A stretch of DNA of 17,214 bases, from positions 1-17,214 of the forward strand of contig JAUPKS010000083.1 of the NCBI GenBank assembly GCA_030837315.1. The letters run 5' to 3'. The translations under genes and the position numbers were made by a program. Positions 7,233-15,283 of the stretch are shown here, piece after piece. Every line of letters begins with the position of its first letter. The stretch's first letter is position 1. Source of the DNA: Planctomycetota bacterium. Its GTDB lineage: Bacteria > Planctomycetota > Brocadiia > Brocadiales > Brocadiaceae. The notes under the pieces were generated by a model. It did no database searches and had not been told where the DNA came from. It saw nothing but the letters and a program-made list of their open reading frames with translations.

Positions 7233-8693
7233 CTATGTAGTGACCGTTTCCATAAGGGGTTTTGAAACAGTTACTGCACTTGATTTATACCAGTCGTTGT
7301 AATAATCACCTGAATCATACAACTCTTTTAAATTCTGTAAGACTTGTTCGAACACTTGTTTCCAATCAGAACCTACCCTGAATGCAAACATTGAATTTCT
7401 CGGATTTTTCGTTGTCTTAATAGAATTTCTGAAACGAGTCCTTAGGTTATCACTTGCGTAAATATGATCATAGATATATTGCATACCTTCAATAAAGTCT
7501 TCCAATGTCATATCTACAAAACGATGAACCACATGTGCCGTATCATAGTATTGCCAATCTTCCGGGTAATTTTTCCTGAATATCCTCTTTTCTGAATCTA
7601 ATCTCGCATAAAGTTGTGTCTTGGGGAATGGGCAGTTAATGCCAAAGGTCAGAATATCAATATTATTCTCCAATATAAAATCGGTCATTCTCTTAAAGGA
7701 ATCTTTGTCATCCCCATCTGCCCCAAACACCACTGACCCCCAAACAACTAAGCCAGCATTATGAATCTTTTGAATACAATCAAAATAACTATCGGTGCCC
7801 AACTTCAGGTTTACCTGCTTATTCATCTTCTTTAAAACAGTTTCGTTGGTAGATTCGATGCCGACAAGCATACCAAAATTGCCACTTTTGGCCATATAAT
7901 CCAGAGTTTCCGGATCCTGAGAAATATTCAACGCTGTGAATCCCAGCCAGTCTTTATGAATCCCACGCTCCACCATTCCCTTGAAAAGATCCCGCGCCCG
8001 CTCGTTTGACTTCTTACCATGGCCATAGAAGTTATCCTCTGCTAACATTAAACCCGTATAATCAGTTGCCGCCATCTCATCGAGCACATCTTCATAAGGT
8101 CTTTCCCTGAATTTCCTCCCTTGGAATGTGGGTACGCTACAGAAATCACAATAATTCGGACATCCCTTGGTTGTAACGATGGAAGAAAATTTATAATTAT
8201 ATTTTTTCTTCATAAGTTCCCGATTGGGATATACCTTTTTCATCAGGCTGAGGGGGGGTAATCCACCCTGGTAGACCTTTTTTAGTTTTCCTTCTTCAAA
8301 ATCTTTTATGACCTGTGGCCATACTTCTTCTGCTTCACCTACAAAAACAGAGTCAACGAAATTTGCAGCTTCTTCAGGCACTACGGATGCATGTATTCCA
8401 CCCATGATTACGGTCATACCCTTTTCCCTGCATGCAGTAGCAATCTTATATGCCCTGGGAGATTGGTAGGTAACAGCGGTAATACATACAAGGTCAACGG
8501 GCTTAAAGGTAATTTCTCCACTATCATCCATTGCTAATTCGAGATTCTCATCGATCACGTCAAATTCCCAATCGCCCGGCGTAAGGGCAGCAACATAAGC
8601 AAGATTCAATGGCATTTGGACGATTACCGTTATACTCTCTTCACCATGCCTGCCAGGCTTATGTGGATTAATCAACATCATTTTCCTTTTCAT
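7233..8693 (-). CDS. B12-binding-domain (class B) radical SAM enzyme, 486 aa
   Basis: The N-terminal roughly 130 aa show a Rossmann-like cobalamin-binding-domain pattern (VDLVCITAVTYQSPRAYKIA...VIMGGIHAS). Radical SAM cluster motif C178-x3-C182-x2-C185 (GCPNYCDFCS). GGAGG lies 10 nt upstream of the ATG, embedded in the last codons of the upstream gene. Confidence 0.85.
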   Translation of the reverse strand: MKRKMMLINPHKPGRHGEESITVIVQMPLNLAYVAALTPGDWEFDVIDENLELAMDDSGEITFKPVDLVCITAVTYQSPRAYKIATACREKGMTVIMGGIHASVVPEEAANFVDSVFVGEAEEVWPQVIKDFEEGKLKKVYQGGLPPLSLMKKVYPNRELMKKKYNYKFSSIVTTKGCPNYCDFCSVPTFQGRKFRERPYEDVLDEMAATDYTGLMLAEDNFYGHGKKSNERARDLFKGMVERGIHKDWLGFTALNISQDPETLDYMAKSGNFGMLVGIESTNETVLKKMNKQVNLKLGTDSYFDCIQKIHNAGLVVWGSVVFGADGDDKDSFKRMTDFILENNIDILTFGINCPFPKTQLYARLDSEKRIFRKNYPEDWQYYDTAHVVHRFVDMTLEDFIEGMQYIYDHIYASDNLRTRFRNSIKTTKNPRNSMFAFRVGSDWKQVFEQVLQNLKELYDSGDYYNDWYKSSAVTVSKPLMETVTT

Positions 8694-8700
8694 AAGTTGT

Positions 8701-10155
8701 TTACCTCCAATTCTCCATAATTAAATTAGCAACACCCCAACCAGAAGAGACTACAGCACAAACTCCAGGGCCTGGTCTTGTCCAATGACCGGTCAAATAC
8801 AGATTGTCAATTGGTGTCTTGGGTGAAAGCCTATTCTCCCATATTTGATCCGCAGTGACCGCCCAACCGTAGGCTGCCCCATTTGTGTTAGACGTATAAC
8901 GCTCCAATGTTTTTGAAGTAGCCGCATCTTTTACTTCAATATGCTTTTTTATGTCAGGAACGTATTCTTCTAATCGATTTATTGTCCTCTGCGTCATACA
9001 TTCTTTAAAAGATTTCCAACACTCATCATCGCTATATTTCCCTTCCTTTGTATAAGCAACAACAGAAATTATTTGTTTATTTGCTGGCGCAAGGGTAGGG
9101 AATATCGTTGTTGGAACCGATACGTACATCCACTCATCTTCGATGGAACTCATATCTGTAGCCGTATGATAAAATCCTCTTTTTAATTTGCTTAAATCTA
9201 TACCTTCACTTACACCCAAGTACAAAAGGAAAAAGGAACAACTTTCCTTCATCTCTTCAAGTTTTTGAAGGAATGGCAAAGGTAGTTTTCCCTGTAGCAA
9301 TTCAAAAAAAGTCCTATACGCATCAATATTTGAGACAATCAATTTTGATGGTATTTCATTGCCGTCTTCTACTTTTACGCCAATAGCGATTTTACCATCA
9401 TATAAGATTTGCTTTACCGCCGATTTTAGCATAATATGCCCGCCAAAATCAATAAATTTCTTAAAAATGGCGTTAGTAAACTCTTGAGTACCACCGGCAG
9501 GGAAAAAGGCGCCGTCTTTGAGATAATTGATCATCATTTGGCACATGCCAATAGCAGAAGCTTGAGCAGGGGGGAGCCCTATGTAACCCCACTGACCGGA
9601 AAGTATCATCTTGAGCTCCTCATTTTTAAAAAAGGCATTCAGCATCTCGCCATACGTCTGATCCTTATATCTATCTATAATTTGGCTTTTCTCATTGTTA
9701 AATGTAGCACGATAAAGCTTTATAAAATTCCGGAAGAAATCCTTTATTTTATCTCTTTCCAGAGGATAACGCTCCTGCAACCGGACGATGTATTCGTCCA
9801 AATCTGCTGGAATTTCAATGCTAAAATGAGGGAAGATCAGATGATCCATTGGGTCAAGAGGATAAAAATCCATTTCTATTCCTAATGTCTTAAAGCAGCG
9901 ACCGACAATACCCCATTTCCCGCAGCCCCCAATATGATGAACTGCCGCATCAAAGTTAAAGCCTTTTCTCTTAAAAGAAGTGCAATAACCACCGGGAATA
10001 GAGTGTTGTTCAAGAATGAGTACCTTTTTTCCCCCTTTGGCAAGAAAAGCAGCACAGACCAAACCTGCTATGCCTGCGCCAATTACAATGACATCATAAT
10101 AAGGATACAAACTATCCTTATTTGTGGATTGAATACATCGGTTGGAAGGCATCAT
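8701..10155 (-). CDS. FAD-dependent oxidoreductase of the phytoene desaturase (CrtI)-like family, 484 aa
   Basis: N-terminal dinucleotide fold YDVIVIGAGIAGLVCAAFLAKGGKKVLILEQ...PGG and a C-terminal LYLTGHWTRPGPGV...SG motif, typical of CrtI-like amine-oxidase-fold enzymes. The start lies 3 nt after the upstream stop. Confidence 0.8.
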   Translation of the reverse strand: MMPSNRCIQSTNKDSLYPYYDVIVIGAGIAGLVCAAFLAKGGKKVLILEQHSIPGGYCTSFKRKGFNFDAAVHHIGGCGKWGIVGRCFKTLGIEMDFYPLDPMDHLIFPHFSIEIPADLDEYIVRLQERYPLERDKIKDFFRNFIKLYRATFNNEKSQIIDRYKDQTYGEMLNAFFKNEELKMILSGQWGYIGLPPAQASAIGMCQMMINYLKDGAFFPAGGTQEFTNAIFKKFIDFGGHIMLKSAVKQILYDGKIAIGVKVEDGNEIPSKLIVSNIDAYRTFFELLQGKLPLPFLQKLEEMKESCSFFLLYLGVSEGIDLSKLKRGFYHTATDMSSIEDEWMYVSVPTTIFPTLAPANKQIISVVAYTKEGKYSDDECWKSFKECMTQRTINRLEEYVPDIKKHIEVKDAATSKTLERYTSNTNGAAYGWAVTADQIWENRLSPKTPIDNLYLTGHWTRPGPGVCAVVSSGWGVANLIMENWR

Positions 10156-10158
10156 GAA

Positions 10159-11403
10159 TTACTGTTTGTATTTTGAAATGATGAGGGATGAATTGTTTCC
10201 CAACCGTGAGAAGGTATTGATAAGGACGTTTTTGACAGGTAAGACCCTTGCGACATTGGCAACATAATCTAAATCACACTCAGGATCGCGCTCCTTATAA
10301 TTGATTGTGGGGGGAATTGTGTTGGTGTTTATGGACATCGAAGCAGCAATTGTTTGCATTGCACCTGAAGCATCATAGCATTCACCGGTCATGGATTTCA
10401 TGGCGGTTATGGGAATAAGATTCGCTCTCATACCAAAAACCTCTTTGATAACTCTGGTTTCCATCGCGTCACCGTAGACACCAGAATAAGCATTGGCAGA
10501 TATATAAGAAATATCATTTAGTGTAAGATTGGCATCCTTGATTGCACTCATGATAGCTCTTTTGCTACCGTCTATCTGATAACCCTTGCTCGTGGCCATT
10601 ATTGGATCAAATGCGGTCCCGTAACCCTTGATCTCTGCATAAATATGGGCATTTCTCTTAAGCGCATCTTCCAAGGTTTCGAGGATGACTAACGCCGATG
10701 CTTCACCAATAACCATCCCATTGCGCCTTTTATCAAACGGTGCGCAAATTTCGAAAGTTCCATCTTTACTTCCTGATAATATTTTGGAATTATGTGCGCC
10801 CCAAAATATGTCATGAGTTAATCCATGCACCCCCCCAGCAACAACAGCCTTTACACGACTCATTCTAAGAAAATCAGAGGCATAGATAATGGCATCAACA
10901 CTACTGGTAACACCATTTGATATAGTAGTACATAGTCCTGTAGCCTTGCAAAAAATAGAGGCGCGACTCGCGGGTGCATTCAGCACGGTATTAGGAAAAT
11001 CCATAGGATTTACATAATTAGGCCCTTCACGTAATGACTGAAAATCAAAGGAACTGATACTATCGATGCTTCCATACGTAGAACCTATAACTATACCTAA
11101 TTCATCTCCACTGTAAGTGTTATTTTCCAAGTTAGCATCTTTGATGGCCAAGACCGTTGCAGAAGATGCGAGGAGGGAGGTTCTATCGATATGGCGGATT
11201 CCTTTTTGTCCAAGATATATCTTGGCGTCGAAATCAGGAATCTCACCGGCATGTTTACTGGTATATTTACTTACATCGAATAAGGTAATAGGTTTAATAC
11301 CCGATACGCCATTGGTTAAATTATTCCAAAAAGTCTCTTTGTTGCCTCCAACGGGCGAGATAACCGAAACACCTGTAATAACAATCCGCGTTTTTTCCAT
11401 CAT
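10159..11403 (-). CDS. Ketosynthase paralog lacking the catalytic triad (KS-beta / chain-length-factor-like), 414 aa
   Basis: Thiolase-fold KS throughout (RIVITGVSVISPVG..., PFDKRRNGMVIGE, C-terminal NTFSRLGNNSSL). Aligned with the neighbouring intact KS, Cys163 becomes Val165 (codon 10909-10911), His296 becomes Asn304 and His333 becomes Glu341. The GAGGT SD favours the second ATG (11400) as the start. Confidence 0.8.
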   Translation of the reverse strand: MMEKTRIVITGVSVISPVGGNKETFWNNLTNGVSGIKPITLFDVSKYTSKHAGEIPDFDAKIYLGQKGIRHIDRTSLLASSATVLAIKDANLENNTYSGDELGIVIGSTYGSIDSISSFDFQSLREGPNYVNPMDFPNTVLNAPASRASIFCKATGLCTTISNGVTSSVDAIIYASDFLRMSRVKAVVAGGVHGLTHDIFWGAHNSKILSGSKDGTFEICAPFDKRRNGMVIGEASALVILETLEDALKRNAHIYAEIKGYGTAFDPIMATSKGYQIDGSKRAIMSAIKDANLTLNDISYISANAYSGVYGDAMETRVIKEVFGMRANLIPITAMKSMTGECYDASGAMQTIAASMSINTNTIPPTINYKERDPECDLDYVANVARVLPVKNVLINTFSRLGNNSSLIISKYKQ

Positions 11404-11455
11404 AAACCTCGTCTCTAAGATACTCGTTCACCGACAATTGCCGAACCATGAAGCT

Positions 11456-12676
11456 TTAATGTGTGAACTTTTTTACAACCAGACAGCTGTTGTTACCACC
11501 AAAGGCATGGGCATTATTCAATGCAATAGTTACCTGCTGTTTTCTCATAACATTTGGCACATAATCCAGATCACATTCCGGATCCGGGGTTTCATAATTA
11601 ATCGTGGGAGGGATAATATCGTTTTGAACTACTAAGGCGCAGGTGATAGCTTCTATGGCACTAGCAGCACCCATAGTATGGCCAATCATTGATTTTATTG
11701 AACTAATTGCAAGATGTTCTGGTTTATTCCCAAACACCTTTTTAATAGAGATCGTTTCTGCTTTGTCATTAGCAGGGGTGCCTGTTCCATGAGCGCTGAT
11801 GTACTGGACGTCTTCTGGTTTTAAATTTGCGCTTTTCAAGGCTTTTTTCATCGCGGATACAACACCTTCTCCGTCGGGATGGGGGATGGTAATATGGTAA
11901 GCATCACAACTAAGACCATAGCCAATAATTTCAGCATAGATATTTGCATTTCTCTTCACTGCGTGATCAAGTGATTCTAAAAGAAGCATGCCTGCACCCT
12001 CACCCACCATCATGCCTTTCCTGTTTTTGTCAAAAGGTTGACATATCTCAGGGGCAATGGCACCGAGCCTGGCAAAACCCGTATAAGCAACTTTTGAAAA
12101 AGGATCAGAACCTCCAGCCATCATCATGTCCACCCGTCCGAACTTAATTAAATCATACGCATATCCGATTGCATAATTACCTGCTGCACAGGCGGTAGGA
12201 ATAATAGTGTTGGGGCCTTTAAAACCAAACTCAATGGCAACATTAGCCGGAATATTATTGCACGGATGCATTAAAAACAAATCAGGGTCTACCTTATCTT
12301 CACCCTCTTTATACCGAATATAATTAACTTTTTCCAGAATTTGTATTTCACCTGCAGTCGTCCCTACAGAAACTCCAATCCTCTCTAAATCAATGTTATT
12401 CAGAATAAGTCCGGCATCATTTAAGGCAAGCTTTGTGGCTGCAATGGCAAATTGTGAAGCTTTGCCAATCTTTTTAAGAACGGCGTTTTTTATATAATCC
12501 GAATAATTAAAGTTTTTTACCTCACATCCCTTATGAACCTTATATCCGGAAGTATCAATGCATGATACTTCATCTACGCCAGATATCCCAGCAATAAGGG
12601 CATTCCAGAATACATCCTTCCCCGACCCAATAGGAGTGATCATTCCCACTCCTGTTATAACTACACGTTTATTCAT
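11456..12676 (-). CDS. fabF: Beta-ketoacyl-ACP synthase II-type ketosynthase with intact Cys-His-His triad, 406 aa
   Basis: Active-site PTACAAG (Cys163), [15 protein letters not shown] (His296), [15 protein letters not shown] (His333) and C-terminal [14 protein letters not shown], the canonical FabF/KAS II motifs. Confidence 0.88.
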   Translation of the reverse strand: MNKRVVITGVGMITPIGSGKDVFWNALIAGISGVDEVSCIDTSGYKVHKGCEVKNFNYSDYIKNAVLKKIGKASQFAIAATKLALNDAGLILNNIDLERIGVSVGTTAGEIQILEKVNYIRYKEGEDKVDPDLFLMHPCNNIPANVAIEFGFKGPNTIIPTACAAGNYAIGYAYDLIKFGRVDMMMAGGSDPFSKVAYTGFARLGAIAPEICQPFDKNRKGMMVGEGAGMLLLESLDHAVKRNANIYAEIIGYGLSCDAYHITIPHPDGEGVVSAMKKALKSANLKPEDVQYISAHGTGTPANDKAETISIKKVFGNKPEHLAISSIKSMIGHTMGAASAIEAITCALVVQNDIIPPTINYETPDPECDLDYVPNVMRKQQVTIALNNAHAFGGNNSCLVVKKFTH

Positions 12677-12689
12677 AGGTATTATTGTA

Positions 12690-13145
12690 TCAACTAGACA
12701 CTAATGTGCTTTTATCTGCAATTCCAAAAGTCAAAGTTGCCTTAGCAACTGCTTTTTCATCAACCTTTACCGATGCCTGAACAATTGCTCCCTTCGATAC
12801 GATCTTTTCAACGCTTATCTCCACAAAGAGTTGATCGCCGGGGAAAACTGGTTTTGTAAACCGCGCATTATTAACTGATGCCAGCAGAAAAACTTCATCT
12901 CTATCTTTTTTAGTGGGGAGACTTTTTTTGAACAGGATGATCGAAGCTTGTGCCATCGCCTCAATAATGAGTACCCCAGGCATAATGGCAAAATCGGGGA
13001 AATGTCCAACAAAGACTGGCTCGTTGCCAGAGACATTTTTTACGCAGACAATTCTTTTTCCCTCTTCAAACTCAATAACTTTATCTATAAATAAAAAAGG
13101 ATATTTTTGAGGAAGAAGAGATCTGATTTCCTCGAAAAACATCAT
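12690..13145 (-). CDS. fabZ: 3-hydroxyacyl-ACP dehydratase
   Basis: 151 aa. [13 protein letters not shown] followed by [21 protein letters not shown], the canonical FabZ His/Glu motif. Confidence 0.9.
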   Translation of the reverse strand: MMFFEEIRSLLPQKYPFLFIDKVIEFEEGKRIVCVKNVSGNEPVFVGHFPDFAIMPGVLIIEAMAQASIILFKKSLPTKKDRDEVFLLASVNNARFTKPVFPGDQLFVEISVEKIVSKGAIVQASVKVDEKAVAKATLTFGIADKSTLVSS

Positions 13146-13217
13146 CTTATATAGTCCGTCATCTCATTAATCACAAACGTATTACCTTTGAAATTGTCAC
13201 ACTTTCTATTTAACACA

Positions 13218-13487
13218 TTACGATGAAAATTTTCCGCTTTCCGATAGAACAGCCTTTGTTAAACCGATTGTAGCGCTCAATGATGTAATATCAACGAGCT
13301 TTTCTTCGGGAATTTGCACTTTAAATTTCTTTTCAATAAGTGCAAGAATTTCAAGGGCTAAAAGAGAATCTATTTCAAGATCTTTAAAGAAATTCGCATC
13401 TCTTTTATCCCAAATTTCCTTTTCATCTAATTCTGTAACCTCAGCAACTATGGCTGTTACACCTTTTTCAATTTCTTCAGTGTTCAA
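13218..13487 (-). CDS. Dedicated acyl carrier protein (89 aa from the TTG at 13487; the longest ORF extends to the TTG at 13502)
   Basis: Phosphopantetheine attachment motif LEIDSLLALEIL and an acidic helical protein of ACP size. GAGGAGGGG lies inside the longest ORF, 6 nt upstream of the TTG at 13487, so the shorter start is preferred. Confidence 0.85.
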   Translation of the reverse strand: MNTEEIEKGVTAIVAEVTELDEKEIWDKRDANFFKDLEIDSLLALEILALIEKKFKVQIPEEKLVDITSLSATIGLTKAVLSESGKFSS

Positions 13488-13554
13488 AATTCCCCTCCTC
13501 AAAAACAGACAGCGCTAACCATTAATCTGCTATGTCAACTATACTTAGCGGGAC

Positions 13555-13583
13555 ATGGTAGCAGACATAGGTTATATTGTCAA
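13555..13583 (-). promoter_or_regulatory. Candidate sigma70-type promoter TTGACA-17 nt-TACCAT for the ACP-led operon
   Basis: Minus strand: TTGACA at 13583-13578 and TACCAT at 13560-13555, about 55-70 nt upstream of the ACP start. Motif match only. Confidence 0.3.
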
Positions 13584-13770
13584 TAATTTTCTTTAACCAT
13601 TATAGCCAATGTAAATCCTCATTTTCATAAATCCAAGAAAATTTGTTCCCGAAAACAATTTTCGACAACTATTTACTACGTCCGATAATATATATTATGT
13701 TGCAATGAAAAAAAAGAAGTTCCTGAAAATCCTTTCTCGTGTTTAAATTTTATCATAGCATAACGATCCT

Positions 13771-14382
13771 CTATTTCGTCCTTCTCGATGCCTTTTTTTC
13801 TTCTCGTAATTCTTGTCGTCTATATCGAGACAATTCTTTTAATGCCTTATATAGCTGCATTTCTAACATCGTTTCGTATTTAGATAATTCCACAATTCTG
13901 TTTTTGTTTTCAATTATTTTTAAAGCCTTTAATTGTGATAGTTCTTTATCAGTCCTTTTTCGCGTCCGGAAAAATCCCTGATCGTATTCCTGAATGCAAG
14001 ACCTATCATATTCCATAACCAGGTTTTCAATTTTCAAACATCGCTTCAATCGCCAGACACTTGAAACAATGTGATCCACGATAAGCAATTCAATCTCATC
14101 CGATGGTTTTAGCTCACCAGCAAGCCTATTTCTGATTCCATCAAGATCAGACTGTCTTTCCCCATCTAGTAATATTTCATCGCTAAAGATATATTGTTTT
14201 CCAGCATTTTCCAGAGATTTCATAGACTCTGATGGTACCTTAGTTTCTGTATTCTCTGTCTTTGCGAAGCTTACAATCCCGGCTGATTCAATGATGGTGT
14301 CCATTATCTTGTCTACTTTATCTTTGGCAGAAGACTCTCTGTTCTTTCCTCGTAAAACATCTTCCTTTAAGATCGTTGACAT
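13771..14382 (-). CDS. Hypothetical protein, 203 aa, highly charged and predicted helical
   Basis: Strong SD (AAGGAGG, 4-nt spacer) before the ATG at 14382. It contains ELLIVDHIVSSVWRLKRCLKIEN and a C-terminal LSKYETMLEMQLYKALKELSRYRRQ followed by a lysine/arginine-rich tail. No catalytic motif recognised. Confidence 0.7.
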   Translation of the reverse strand: MSTILKEDVLRGKNRESSAKDKVDKIMDTIIESAGIVSFAKTENTETKVPSESMKSLENAGKQYIFSDEILLDGERQSDLDGIRNRLAGELKPSDEIELLIVDHIVSSVWRLKRCLKIENLVMEYDRSCIQEYDQGFFRTRKRTDKELSQLKALKIIENKNRIVELSKYETMLEMQLYKALKELSRYRRQELREEKKASRRTK

Positions 14383-14643
14383 TGATCCTCCTTTCTAATC
14401 CCTAAAATACTTGGTTATATGTGCAGAATAATATCTCATAATCGTTTAGACTATTCAATAAATATTTTAGATGTTTATTAAGTTATTGCTGCATAACCGC
14501 TCTTGGTCATTCCTGAAGCAGCTCAATATATATTAATATTTTGTGTGTAAATATAAATAACGCTTGAGATATGAGTAATATCGAATAAAATTAATTTACA
14601 GGTATTTAGCTCCAGTTTTTTAAAATTTTCGTAAACACGTGAA

Positions 14644-15279
14644 ATGAAAATTAACGAAATATTTAAGAGCATTCAAGGGGAGACGTCTTACGCAGGTTTG
14701 CCTTGCATATTTATACGCATAGCAGGTTGTAATTTACGCTGCAGTTATTGCGATACGATGTATGCCTATGACGATGGGGCGGAAATGACGGTCAATTTAA
14801 TTCTTGAAATTACCGATAACTTCAAATGCAAGTTTGTTTGTGTAACGGGCGGTGAACCTCTGTTGAATAAAGACACGCCTTTATTAATCAGCAAGTTGCT
14901 AGAAAGAAATTATATTGTATTAGTCGAAACAAATGGTAGCTACGATATACGTAAGATACCACAAAAAGCGATTAAAATTATGGATATCAAGTGTCCGGAC
15001 AGTAACATGAGTCATTTGATGGCTTGGGAGAATATTAACTATTTGACAAAATCAGACGAAATAAAATTTGTTTTAAATTCACGAAAAGATTATGACTGGG
15101 CAAAAATGTTAATACATAAATATCAGTTGCCCGATGTTGCCACGGTATTGCTAGGGGCAGTTTTTGGTGCAATCTCCCCAAGGTCGGTTGTCCAATGGAT
15201 TTTGGAGGATAATCTCGATGTGCGCTTTCAACTACAACTCCACAAATATATCTGGGAACCACAAACAAGGGGTGTTTAA
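14644..15279 (+). CDS. queE: 7-carboxy-7-deazaguanine synthase (radical SAM)
   Basis: N-terminal EIFKSIQGETSYAGLPCIFIRIAGCNLRCSYCDT (QGEG-like motif plus CxxxCxxC), followed by GGEPL. The length of 211 aa is typical of QueE. Confidence 0.9.
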   Translation: MKINEIFKSIQGETSYAGLPCIFIRIAGCNLRCSYCDTMYAYDDGAEMTVNLILEITDNFKCKFVCVTGGEPLLNKDTPLLISKLLERNYIVLVETNGSYDIRKIPQKAIKIMDIKCPDSNMSHLMAWENINYLTKSDEIKFVLNSRKDYDWAKMLIHKYQLPDVATVLLGAVFGAISPRSVVQWILEDNLDVRFQLQLHKYIWEPQTRGV

Positions 15280-15283
15280 TAAC

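Noticed and set aside
9436-12147. Antisense ORFs within the desaturase and KS genes (9436-9885, 9934-10176, 11117-11635, 11944-12147)
   Set aside because: All lie opposite motif-rich coding frames, and one even spans the KS/KS-beta intergenic junction. No independent signals were found.
12815-13110. ORFs overlapping fabZ (12815-13036 on the minus strand in an alternate frame; 12913-13110 on the plus strand)
   Set aside because: They are nested within canonical fabZ. These are shadow ORFs.
13739-13981. 80-aa plus-strand ORF antisense to the 203-aa hypothetical gene
   Set aside because: The minus-strand frame has a strong SD and is 2.5 times longer. The plus-strand translation is Phe/Ser/Leu-rich, as expected from the complement of a Lys/Glu-rich gene.
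14383-14643. Possible preQ1 riboswitch or other leader upstream of queE
   Set aside because: I found no compact hairpin followed by the A-rich tail that characterises preQ1 class I, only a weak 5-bp GCTGC/GCAGC stem with a large loop. A covariance-model scan would be needed to exclude it formally.
15164-15283. N-terminal 40-codon extension of the QueC ORF as given in the track
   Set aside because: It overlaps queE by 116 nt in another frame and has no QueC-like sequence. The GTG at 15284, immediately before the PP-loop, gives the normal protein length.
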